Shown here piece by piece: positions 1-8,232 of a stretch of 64,000 nt of DNA. The notes under the pieces are model-generated. The model saw only the letters and a program-made list of their open reading frames with translations, had not been told where the DNA came from and made no database searches. A program made the translations under genes and the position numbers. The DNA comes from a virus. Every line of letters starts with the position of its first letter. Positions within the stretch are counted from its first letter, which is position 1. Location of the stretch: IMG/VR virus record IMGVR_UViG_3300045988_141012; one strand, 5' to 3'.

Positions 1-846
1 ACCGGCGAAATTTATACTTCTATCAATGCAGTTCTGAAAGGAATAGGATTTAAAGATAGAGATCAAATAAGAAAAAGAAGAGATAAATGGATTAATGATT
101 CTTTAATCTCAAAAGGTATAGCCAAATTCACATTACCTACACAAAAGATGGTGCCGAAAAATGACACCACCCTATTTGATGAGAAAGATACTTATTGCAT
201 TTCACAACGTAAACTCCCTATTGCATTAGCAAAAATAAACATTACACCAAAGATGAAACAAACTCAACCTGAATTAGCAACAAAATTAGAACTATATCAA
301 GACAAATGTGCAGATGTATTAGCATCTGTATTCATGGATAAGAAGTCTACGAATGATATAAACGCTGAATTCTTAGCTGAAAGTATCTCAAATGCAATAA
401 CCGTTGCATTACAACCTATAACTGAAAGATTAGAAAAGATAGAACAAACTCAAACTAATCGTTATTTATCAGCAAGAAGGTATCCATCAGCATGGTATAA
501 GAAGATTGCTCCTAAATACAAAATGCTTATGGAATACTTTGATTGCACGAGAAGTGAGTTGTATTCAAATATCTATAAAGAACTTGAAGATACATATGAC
601 GTAGATATAAATCAAATTCATGAAGATTATTGCTATGAAAATAATTTACTCAAAGATGAATGTTATCCAATGGATGCAATAGAACATCATATTCAATTAA
701 GAGATGCATTAACATTACTTATAGATAGTAGTCTGATTAAATATGGATTACAAACAGAAGAACAAATCAAAAACTTCAAAAGAAAAACATTGTTTGATAG
801 ACCAGTAATTAAACAGAGAATAACATATGTAGAAGATAAGATTTAA
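1..846 (+). CDS. phage antirepressor-like protein, C-terminal part (5' end outside window)
   Basis: Frame 1 is open from nt 1 with no stop before the track ATG at 148; stop at 844-846. The stretch ELATKLELYQDKCADVLASVF recalls ORF6C/KilAC-type antirepressor C-termini (recollection, not searched). Confidence 0.45.
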   Translation, partial: TGEIYTSINAVLKGIGFKDRDQIRKRRDKWINDSLISKGIAKFTLPTQKMVPKNDTTLFDEKDTYCISQRKLPIALAKINITPKMKQTQPELATKLELYQDKCADVLASVFMDKKSTNDINAEFLAESISNAITVALQPITERLEKIEQTQTNRYLSARRYPSAWYKKIAPKYKMLMEYFDCTRSELYSNIYKELEDTYDVDINQIHEDYCYENNLLKDECYPMDAIEHHIQLRDALTLLIDSSLIKYGLQTEEQIKNFKRKTLFDRPVIKQRITYVEDKI

Positions 847-988
847 TTCAATAAAATAAAATTAAAAAAGACTATTTTATACAAAATATTTAACACAACA
901 AAAAATGTAATTCAACGAGTGAGAATTGAGCTATGCGAAATTCCACTCGTAATAGTCTGTCTTCTTAAACTGTTGTATATCTTCTTTC

Positions 989-1069
989 AGTTCAGTTGAC
1001 ATCCACCAGTGGATGTCTAAATTCACACTTCTTAAAATTAGACGTCCACCAGTGGATGTCAACTGAACT
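989..1069 (+). promoter_or_regulatory. promoter TTGACA(996-1001)-16 nt-TAAATT(1018-1023) flanked by two copies of a 20-bp palindrome (operator-like)
   Basis: GACATCCACCAGTGGATGTC at 998-1017 and GACGTCCACCAGTGGATGTC at 1041-1060. The outer arms AGTTCAGTTGAC (989-1000) and GTCAACTGAACT (1058-1069) extend this to a 29-bp inverted repeat with one mismatch. Confidence 0.45.
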
Positions 1070-1107
1070 CTCGTAGGTATCACTAAAGATAAAACAAAGG
1101 AGGAATT

Positions 1108-2262
1108 ATTATTAACAACTATAAAGTTTACCAACATACTAATCTTAACAATGGTAAGAAATATATCGGCATTACTCAGAAACCAGTTAAGGAAAGATGG
1201 AATAACGGAAATGGTTACAAAGCTAACAAGAAATTTTATAAGGATATTCAAAAGTATGGTTGGGATGATGGTTTTTCTCACGAGATTATAAAGGATAATC
1301 TGTCATACAAAGATGCTCGTAATCTTGAAAAATATTATATAACTAAATATGATACCGTATCTAATGGGTATAATAATGCAAATTTTAACTTAGGAAACTC
1401 ATTTCAATTCAATTTTGATGATTTTGTTCCAATGGATAATAATTTTATAGAGAATACAAGTAAAGAGTATTTCACAAGAGTTCCTAATAGTTTGGTGCAA
1501 ATAGATATTAAGAAAAAATATAATCTACATAGAATTTTTTATCTTATTTATATTTTGATAGACAGACATAGAAGTTATGAGGATTCGTCTTATATTGTTA
1601 TTTCAGAAATATTTGATTTGTGTGGTTATAAGCAAACAAGACACAAGCCAAAGATATTTTATGAGATAATCAAGTGCTTGTTATTTTTGAATGAGAGCAA
1701 TTTGATTAATATTACTTCTGACTTTGATATTTACAACACTGGATATACGGATTGTATTCAAATGGATATAATATGTCAAAATTTCGATGCAACTGAAAAT
1801 TTTTCAAAAATCACTTCATCTCAATTGGATTTTATAATGATGGGCGAATCGAGTATTAATAAAGAGAATATATTAATGGCATTTCTTTATATCAACTCAT
1901 ACATATATATCCGTCCAAAGAAAAACGACAATGAGGAAATTATGTATAATCCCGAAACTCGACCAGAAGCGTTTTGGAGAAGTATGCAATCTATGGCTAA
2001 AGATTTGTCAATGTCTAAAGATACGCTTAATCAATGTCTTTCATATTTAACTTCTAATGTTGATGATAAACAACCACTTCTTATAAAAAAAGAAGTCGGA
2101 AGTATTCAACCAGACCCTTCTCAACCACCACAAAATACTCCCAATATATATGTCCTTAATAAAGAGGGTTATGAACAAGAGATTGAATGGGCGATTTATA
2201 AAATGTTGCAAATTTACAATGTTGAATCTTTTGGTGAGTTGACCGGCAATTATAAAGATTAA
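1108..2262 (+). CDS. GIY-YIG nuclease domain fused to a ~280-aa C-terminal (DNA-binding?) domain; probable AUU start
   Basis: Frame is open from 1093 to 2262. Residues YKVYQHTNLNNGKKYIGITQKPVKERWNNGNGY...YKDARNLEKYYITKYD form a GIY-YIG motif lying upstream of the first ATG (1432). AAAGGAGG at 1096-1103 is followed by ATT ATT ATT (1105-1113), and no ATG/GTG/TTG is available there. Confidence 0.6.
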   Translation: MINNYKVYQHTNLNNGKKYIGITQKPVKERWNNGNGYKANKKFYKDIQKYGWDDGFSHEIIKDNLSYKDARNLEKYYITKYDTVSNGYNNANFNLGNSFQFNFDDFVPMDNNFIENTSKEYFTRVPNSLVQIDIKKKYNLHRIFYLIYILIDRHRSYEDSSYIVISEIFDLCGYKQTRHKPKIFYEIIKCLLFLNESNLINITSDFDIYNTGYTDCIQMDIICQNFDATENFSKITSSQLDFIMMGESSINKENILMAFLYINSYIYIRPKKNDNEEIMYNPETRPEAFWRSMQSMAKDLSMSKDTLNQCLSYLTSNVDDKQPLLIKKEVGSIQPDPSQPPQNTPNIYVLNKEGYEQEIEWAIYKMLQIYNVESFGELTGNYKD

Positions 2263-2312
2263 TCAAAATTCGTTTTCTCACGGAGAATAATATATTAAGA
2301 AAGGAAAACTAA

Positions 2313-2441
2313 ATGAATAGATACAAAGTGACATTTTCAGATGATACAATCATGAGACTTTACGCAGAAATACAAGACAAAGTGTCATTGGTAAAGATAT
2401 TGGGAGAATATTATAGGGGGTATAAGAAAGCATACGAATGA
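2313..2441 (+). CDS. small hypothetical protein (42 aa)
   Basis: ATG 2313 is preceded by AAGAAAGGAAA; ORF MNRYKVTFSDDTIMRLYAEIQDKVSLVKILGEYYRGYKKAYE. It is below the track length cut-off. Confidence 0.25.
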   Translation: MNRYKVTFSDDTIMRLYAEIQDKVSLVKILGEYYRGYKKAYE

Positions 2442-2582
2442 TTAATTTTTTAGTAGATAACGACAACATTAAAAATTTTAGAAAGGCGGCGATGTGTAAC
2501 ATAAATGAACACAATACATCAATTTCGTTCTTTTTCAAAATGCAAGGAGAATATATAAATGTCTCCTCTATTCCCTATCCCA

Positions 2583-2618
2583 ACAACCAAAGAAAGCCTC
2601 CGTAAAAATACGGAGGCT
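2583..2618 (-). terminator. intrinsic terminator for the minus-strand gene 2625-2837
   Basis: Stem AGCCTCCG (2595-2602) pairs with CGGAGGCT (2611-2618). On the minus strand it is followed by TTCTTTGGTTGTT. Confidence 0.5.
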
Positions 2619-2624
2619 CCCTTC

Positions 2625-2837
2625 TTAGTGACGACACTTATACTTAAAAGAAAAGTGAATGTCACCGTGATTATATTCAATATTGCAAGTCCCGTCTATG
2701 TTGTTTCTATGATGAAATTTGCAAATAATCAGAAACATTGTAAATATGCATAGAATCAATAATGTTATATAAATATGATTGTTAGCAAATCTTAGGATTT
2801 GCAATATCAAATATAATATGTCTCGACATATCGTCAT
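2625..2837 (-). CDS. small hydrophobic protein (70 aa), opposite strand
   Basis: Minus-strand AAAGGAGGAG lies 6 nt before the ATG and a terminator follows directly. The protein is rich in I/L/F (LYLILQILRF...LLILCIFTMFLIICKF). An upstream TTCCTCC could pair with the SD. Confidence 0.45.
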   Translation of the reverse strand: MTICRDILYLILQILRFANNHIYITLLILCIFTMFLIICKFHHRNNIDGTCNIEYNHGDIHFSFKYKCRH

Positions 2838-2971
2838 TAAGCTCCTCCTTTATCTGGCAGGAGGAATATGGCAAACAACGCAAAAAATATATAGACAAAT
2901 ATAATTCTATCATTTGCCTAAGTAAAAAACAAGAAAATTATGTAAACAAGAAAGGAAAATAAAAATAACAC

Positions 2972-3160
2972 ATGATAACAGATAGATATATACCCGATTA
3001 TTCGGAATACGCAGGAGAAATAAAATTTACAAATTGGGGAATGAAGAACGGAGACATTCACTCTCGATCTTATATTGCTGACAACATAAGATCAGATGAA
3101 AGTTTTAATAAATATTGTGAAAGGCAAACATTTAGAGTTCGTGACAACAAAAATAAATAA
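2972..3160 (+). CDS. hypothetical protein (62 aa)
   Basis: ORF from the track; only a weak, distant SD (AAAGGAAA). Confidence 0.3.
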   Translation: MITDRYIPDYSEYAGEIKFTNWGMKNGDIHSRSYIADNIRSDESFNKYCERQTFRVRDNKNK

Positions 3161-3183
3161 TTATAACATACGAAAGGTGATGG

Positions 3184-5796
3184 TTGGTTATAACTAAGAT
3201 TCAATACACAATGATGAAACTTCCTATAAGGGAGATTATTAAACAAGAATATGATGTTAAAATTGATAAAAACGAAGCTATGTCAAATGAATATCTTATA
3301 AAACAAGGTGATTCAATAATATTTGATCAAATAAAAAGATTACGAGGATATACTTCGTCCCATATATCCGAAATGGTATTAATTGTAGCCAAAAAGAACC
3401 CTAAAACAGAAAAAGAATTAAAGAAAATTTTAGATGAAGGGTTTTATCTTAATGGAATTCACTATAATCGTTTTGGTAAATCGGCTTCTCAAGGGAAAGA
3501 TGGAATCACAGCTTTTGTTTGTGATGAAATTTTTGAAGAGTTATATATGATTACTCAAATGGATATTCCCATTGACGAATGTGTCATTTCAAAGTATGAA
3601 GCTCAAAGATGTCTACCATTTAGTTCTTGTACTCTTATTGAAGGATATATGCCTAATATCGTGATAATTGGTGAATACGAAAAAACTCTTTCTAACCAGT
3701 TAATCAAATATGTTGTAGAAAAAAAGAAAGAGTTTACGGATAAAGCTACCGGCGAAATAAAATCTTATATTTCTCGTGAAATAGAAGAAGGTTATAGAGA
3801 TATTAATCTATCCCCCTTTGATGGATGTGGTTGTCACGAATTAGAATTTACACAAGAGATAAGTAAACAGTTGAATTTAGATTATAATGTCATAGGAACT
3901 CAAGTGAGACTACCTTTTATAAAAGGTTATTCTGTATATGTGCCATTCCGTGAAATTTTGAAAGAATGGGGATATGAGTTTATTACTGATATTTATGGTT
4001 GCAAACATAATATTGAGGATATAGATTGTATTTGGAATATTTCTATGTTCAAAGGTCACAAAATTTTTAAATCTAAATATGGTAATAATGCATGGGAGAA
4101 ATATATGCAAACAATAGCCAAATACCATTTTAAACTTGGGATAAGTAAATATAGTCATCATGTTAAACATTTAAATAAATATACTAGAATGAATTTTCAA
4201 TATCTTCAGTGTTTAGATTTGTGGAATCCTAAATATATTGAGGCTTATGAAAACAAAAATAAAAAAGAATATGATATTTTAGATGACGATAATAAAGGCA
4301 AAATTATTGAGATGGCTCAATACACTACATCTTTATTTGAGAAGATTATAAAAGGTGATAAATTTTATACATATAAATTTATGGGTGTAAACGATACTGA
4401 AAATTATGAACCCGACAGCAAGTATCTTGAGGCTGCGTTAATTAATGATGTTATGTTAAAAGATCCAGCTATCAAACAGTTCATTTACAGAAAATTAAAG
4501 AAAGCCATTGATGAGGCAAAGGTTGGGAAAATATATTGTTCAGGATTTTATCATACTGGTATCGGAGATATGATTGGATATTTACAATATGCAGTAGGAT
4601 TAACACCAGTTGGTTGTTTAAACGAAAGAGAATTTTATAGTGCTAATTTTGAACAAGGTGATTGCGTGTCATTTCGTTCTCCATTGGTAGATCCTTCTGA
4701 AGTTAATAAGATAAAAATTGTTCGTAATGATACTATCAACAAATGGTTTAGACATTTTCAAGATCAAGATGTTGTAATGTTTAATATGTATGATATTTCA
4801 GCACCTCAACAAGGCGGAGCTGACTTTGACGGAGATATTTTCTTACTATGTAATGACCCTATTATCATAAATTCTAAAATTGACAAGTTAATTATTTTAG
4901 ATATTGAAGATAAAATCACGGCAAAATCAAAGCCATATACAAAAGAGAATCTTATTGAATATGAGGTAATGACACGTGATAATCGTATAGGTGAAATTAC
5001 AAATGTTGTTACCGGAATTGAGAATAAATACACCACGAACGATGAAGTTAAGCAATTATACTCAGATTATTGTTCTTTGTTGCGAATTTTCCAAGGCAAA
5101 GAAATTGATTTCCTAAAAACTGGTTTTCGTTGGCATATGAATAAAGGTCTTCGTAAATATTTAAAACAACTTCCCTATTTTCTATTATATAATTATCCAA
5201 AAAAATTAAAAACATACTTTTCTATAGTCGAAAAGAATAAAAATAAATCACCTGATGATAAACTCCCTTTAAACGCATATCATTCCCCTTCCCCTATGAA
5301 TGAATTATGTGATTACATATGTAGTTGGGAAAAACATAATATTCTATGGGATAATTGTTTGTCAGACTTAGTTGATACTCGATGTTTAATTGTTAACAAT
5401 GATATTGATTTATCTGATAAAAAAGTAATAAAGATATGTCGTAAATACATTAATGAATATGCCGAGGCGATGCGTAGACATATGAATTTGAAAAATGAAG
5501 ATTTCGATTTAAATTCAGTTATTGATGGTTTTAAAGATAGTTTATCAAAAGAACTTGGTGTTGATGAAGAAATAATTGCAAATTATGTTATAAAAACTTC
5601 ATATAATTCTTTTTCAATTAGCAAATCGTTTGCGTGGTCTGCCTATGGAGAATATATTATTGAAAATTTGAAAAATAATACTAATCCAAAGAAAAATATC
5701 TCTATCCATGAAGTTCCATATTATACGGACGGTGCATATGAATACCTTGGTAAGTATTATGAATTTGAGGTAGGTGATTCATATTTACAGTTGTGA
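3184..5796 (+). CDS. YonO-like / RdRP-like single-subunit two-barrel RNA polymerase
   Basis: GGADFDGD at nt 4813-4836 matches the metal-binding (N)ADFDGD / DLDGD signature. FRSPLVDPSEV at nt 4672-4704, 42 aa upstream, matches the R-x-P-x-x-H-P-G-D-like first barrel motif of cellular RdRPs and YonO. Size (870 aa) is similar to SPbeta YonO. The start is uncertain (TTG 3184 or ATG 3211). Confidence 0.7.
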   Translation: MVITKIQYTMMKLPIREIIKQEYDVKIDKNEAMSNEYLIKQGDSIIFDQIKRLRGYTSSHISEMVLIVAKKNPKTEKELKKILDEGFYLNGIHYNRFGKSASQGKDGITAFVCDEIFEELYMITQMDIPIDECVISKYEAQRCLPFSSCTLIEGYMPNIVIIGEYEKTLSNQLIKYVVEKKKEFTDKATGEIKSYISREIEEGYRDINLSPFDGCGCHELEFTQEISKQLNLDYNVIGTQVRLPFIKGYSVYVPFREILKEWGYEFITDIYGCKHNIEDIDCIWNISMFKGHKIFKSKYGNNAWEKYMQTIAKYHFKLGISKYSHHVKHLNKYTRMNFQYLQCLDLWNPKYIEAYENKNKKEYDILDDDNKGKIIEMAQYTTSLFEKIIKGDKFYTYKFMGVNDTENYEPDSKYLEAALINDVMLKDPAIKQFIYRKLKKAIDEAKVGKIYCSGFYHTGIGDMIGYLQYAVGLTPVGCLNEREFYSANFEQGDCVSFRSPLVDPSEVNKIKIVRNDTINKWFRHFQDQDVVMFNMYDISAPQQGGADFDGDIFLLCNDPIIINSKIDKLIILDIEDKITAKSKPYTKENLIEYEVMTRDNRIGEITNVVTGIENKYTTNDEVKQLYSDYCSLLRIFQGKEIDFLKTGFRWHMNKGLRKYLKQLPYFLLYNYPKKLKTYFSIVEKNKNKSPDDKLPLNAYHSPSPMNELCDYICSWEKHNILWDNCLSDLVDTRCLIVNNDIDLSDKKVIKICRKYINEYAEAMRRHMNLKNEDFDLNSVIDGFKDSLSKELGVDEEIIANYVIKTSYNSFSISKSFAWSAYGEYIIENLKNNTNPKKNISIHEVPYYTDGAYEYLGKYYEFEVGDSYLQL

Positions 5797-6628
5797 TGAT
5801 ATTTACCTTTATGAAATAATTGAAGATTATAAGAGTGCTAATGTCTCTGGGAAAGATGAGATTTTCACAAATTTTTGTGATTCAATATGGCATTCAGAGA
5901 ATAAAAGGCGTACATACAAGAAACATATTACATTTTCTGTTGCTCCGAATATATTAAATACAGAGATAGGACAAGTATTTGATATATGGTCATCAGTCGA
6001 ATATCGTTATTATAAAATTATGACTAAAGATGGAAACTGGCAATCTATCATACGTCAAAAGATTAATAACCTATATACTCGATATTTTGATAAAAATGTT
6101 ATTTTATCTGAACAATATATGAACTTACTTAAGACCCCCAAAAAATTGTATTATGATTATTTACATGGAATGGATATGGATTCTTCAGAATTAACAACAA
6201 TCATTGATGATGCAATGGATGCCGCTAATAATTTAAAGATTAAATTACAAAAAGAAAAAATGTCTTTAAGTTGGGTTAAATATAAAAAAATAATTGAAGA
6301 TTTTTTAAGAAAAGCTTTTGATAATTGCAAATTAATTGAAGATTTTGAGGACAAAACAAAATTAAATAACATATATGATTTTATGACAGAAGACCACTTC
6401 TATGTAGGTTACATTAATAAAACCTTAGAAGGAGAATTGATGAAATATCAAAAAAGATATTATGGATTACCTCAGAATTCACGAAAAGGTTATATTCGAT
6501 GTAAATTATGTGGAGATATGATTGTACGCACTAACAATAAGAAAATGTATTGTGAGAAATGTGCAAATGCTAAAGAAAAATATCGAAAACGTAATAATGC
6601 ATATAAATATCGAAAAGTAGCGAAATAG
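5774..6628 (+). CDS. hypothetical protein with C-terminal zinc ribbon and basic tail
   Basis: GTG start overlaps the RNAP stop by 23 nt, after GAGGTAGG. The C-terminus reads CKLCGDM...CEKCANAKEKYRKRNNAYKYRK. Confidence 0.55.
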   Translation: MIHIYSCDDIYLYEIIEDYKSANVSGKDEIFTNFCDSIWHSENKRRTYKKHITFSVAPNILNTEIGQVFDIWSSVEYRYYKIMTKDGNWQSIIRQKINNLYTRYFDKNVILSEQYMNLLKTPKKLYYDYLHGMDMDSSELTTIIDDAMDAANNLKIKLQKEKMSLSWVKYKKIIEDFLRKAFDNCKLIEDFEDKTKLNNIYDFMTEDHFYVGYINKTLEGELMKYQKRYYGLPQNSRKGYIRCKLCGDMIVRTNNKKMYCEKCANAKEKYRKRNNAYKYRKVAK

Positions 6629-7390
6629 AAAATCCTACTTTTCCGCATGCCTAAGCCATTTGTAAGCATTTTTATGTGTGTATATATAAGATATGGGTAG
6701 CAAAGTAACTGAAAATATCGTTATGTGTCGACTTGACTATTATGTCTTGTTGACACATAACGTAAAACAATTCAACGAATGCTTTGTTATGGGCACAAAA
6801 TAACTCGGTGTAGATTGGTTAGTCACCATGCCGAGATTATATGAATGTTGAGTATTGACATAGAAGGATACTTTTATGTAGGTGCTTTTGGTATATTGTG
6901 AGATATATCAAGTAGACGGAAACTGTCAATAACAAATATAAGTGCAAAACATTATCGCAGCAAAAAGTAGATTTCAGGATGTTGATGTAATAGACGCTCA
7001 CTCGGTGAGAAGAATCTTGAGGTTTGTCAGGTGGAACTGTGCAAGATTGTAGAGAAAATCCAAATAAATCAATCGTGTCGTTGATATGCAGAAATGTGTG
7101 TATAAGTCCTGTTTATCGTCCGAGTAGCCCAAATCGACATTAAATTAAAACAAATATAATAGAAGAAATTTATAAAACAAAAATCTTTTCTGAATGACAC
7201 GGGTGAAAGATAGAGGTAATCAGCCCTCTTTATTCTTGATGTGAAAGCATTGCTATAGAAGTAATGAGGTAGCTCCTTATTGCTCAGACTATAGTAAATA
7301 ATGACTGAATATTGGTACGATGTTGTTTTTTTTGTAAGGCGAAGGTCTATTTTGTGTTCATAGTAAAGCATTTGTTGGATTGATGAATGT
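6629..7390. other. ~760-nt ORF-free, visibly G+C-richer, hairpin-dense region (candidate large structured RNA or ori-like region)
   Basis: No credible ORF on either strand. There is a 14-bp stem CGTTATGTGTCGAC (6719-6732) / GTTGACACATAACG (6749-6762) and several GNRA-type hairpins (e.g. GACGGAAACTGTC). The strand is undetermined. Confidence 0.3.
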
Positions 7391-7427
7391 AAAAGAGAAA
7401 AATAAAAGAGAGGAGTTATACTCCCCT
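7391..7427 (-). terminator. intrinsic terminator of minus-strand gene 7435-7638
   Basis: The stem formed by + strand 7410-7416 and 7420-7426 reads GGGGAGT-ATA-ACTCCTC on the minus strand and is followed by TCTTTTATTTTTCTCTTTT. Confidence 0.6.
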
Positions 7428-7434
7428 ACAATTA

Positions 7435-7638
7435 TCAGCGAAACCGAGCTTTAAATTTTGTTCGTTTATGTTTTCCTGAAATATCTACTTTTGTAAATGA
7501 TGTTATGAGCTTACAGAAACATTTAACAATCAGATAAATAATAATTGTCACTCCAAAAAGGAATATAATTATGAAGAATAATGCTGCAATTTGTGTGGCT
7601 GAGTTAAAATTTAAAGCCACTGAAAAAAGTTCTACCAT
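7435..7638 (-). CDS. small membrane protein (67 aa, one TM helix, basic C-terminus)
   Basis: It has its own minus-strand promoter, an SD (AGGATGGGA) and a terminator. The protein contains AALFFIIIFLFGVTIIIYLIV followed by ...KHKRTKFKARFR. Confidence 0.55.
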   Translation of the reverse strand: MVELFSVALNFNSATQIAALFFIIIFLFGVTIIIYLIVKCFCKLITSFTKVDISGKHKRTKFKARFR

Positions 7639-7707
7639 TAATATCCCATCCTTTCACTTTATACAAGTCCCACATTGGAGGAGATTGTTAGAACAGTCGT
7701 TAAATTC

Positions 7708-7736
7708 AGTATAATATTCTCTTCCTTTATGGTCAA
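7708..7736 (-). promoter_or_regulatory. sigma-A-type promoter for 7435-7638 (minus strand)
   Basis: Minus strand reads TTGACC (7736-7731), a 17-nt spacer, then TATACT (7713-7708). Confidence 0.5.
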
Positions 7737-7854
7737 CACAAAAATTTTTGATACAAATATTTTATTTCATATTATAGATATTACCCCCGATTTGTTTATT
7801 TTGTCAACATTTGTTGTAAAAAAATATATCCCAAAGTCAGTTACAAACTGGCTC

Positions 7855-7873
7855 TTTTTTATTGCAAAAATAT
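7855..7873 (+). promoter_or_regulatory. T-run + ATTGCAAAAAT motif (copy 1 of a recurrent motif)
   Basis: TTTTTTATTGCAAAAATAT; TGCAAAAAT is exact at 7863-7871, 3 nt before the tRNA-like element. Confidence 0.3.
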
Positions 7874-7947
7874 AGCAGGTTGGTGTAAAAGTAGCATATA
7901 AGACTCATTATCTTATGATAGACGTGCAATTCGTCTACCTGCCCCCA
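7874..7947 (+). tRNA. tRNA-like element, anticodon CAU (Met/Ile2-type), non-canonical D and T loops, encoded CCA
   Basis: Hand-folded cloverleaf. Acceptor 7875-7880/7937-7942 (6 bp plus an A.C mismatch) and U8. D stem is 4 bp with 2 G.U. Anticodon stem TAAGA/TCTTA with loop CTCATTA. T stem AGACG/CGTCT with loop TGCAATT. Discriminator C then CCA (7945-7947). It lacks G18G19, and T-loop position 55 is G. Confidence 0.35.
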
Positions 7948-8027
7948 TTAAGTGATATTTCATTGAGCATTTCACACTTACAAAAGAAATGCACGCCCCT
8001 TGTGGCAAATTTAATAGAAAGAAGTGA

Positions 8028-8231
8028 AAGGCAATTAAACCCGTTTCCAAAGAAGAATTAAATATCCTCATTAAAAATGGCATTATCGTCAGAAGTTCAA
8101 ATGGTTATATTGACACTGAAACACATTTTGTTGTAGGGCATTACAGAACAAAAGGCGGTGCTGGTCGTGTATATATCGAGGATATGTATGCCGATAAGGC
8201 TAAAAAATTATATTTGAAAGGACTAATTTGA
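8028..8231 (+). CDS. start-less 67-codon ORF (KPVSKEELNILIKNGIIVRSSNGYIDTETHFVVGHYRTKGGAGRVYIEDMYADKAKKLYLKGLI)
   Basis: Protein-like composition and a stop 1 nt before the next gene's ATG. There is no in-frame ATG/GTG/TTG near the 5' end; only ATT at 8034, 2 nt after GAAAGG. Confidence 0.3.
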   Translation, partial: KAIKPVSKEELNILIKNGIIVRSSNGYIDTETHFVVGHYRTKGGAGRVYIEDMYADKAKKLYLKGLI

Positions 8232-8232
8232 T

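Noticed and set aside
3910-5036. Minus-strand ORFs 3910-4170 and 4806-5036 inside the RNAP gene, and similar shadows inside the TMP, giant protein and fibre genes
   Set aside because: These are typical antisense or out-of-frame shadows in A+T-rich coding DNA. None has start signals.
7675-7875. 66-aa plus-strand ORF
   Set aside because: It has no SD, very low complexity and is A+T-rich. It overlaps the minus-strand promoter and the recurrent motif copies.
6629-8030. A fourth intron joining 5774-6628 to the start-less ORF 8028-8231
   Set aside because: No group I R/S-like elements, no GUGYG or domain V, and no P1-type pairing were found. The interval contains a complete minus-strand gene with promoter and terminator and a tRNA-like element.
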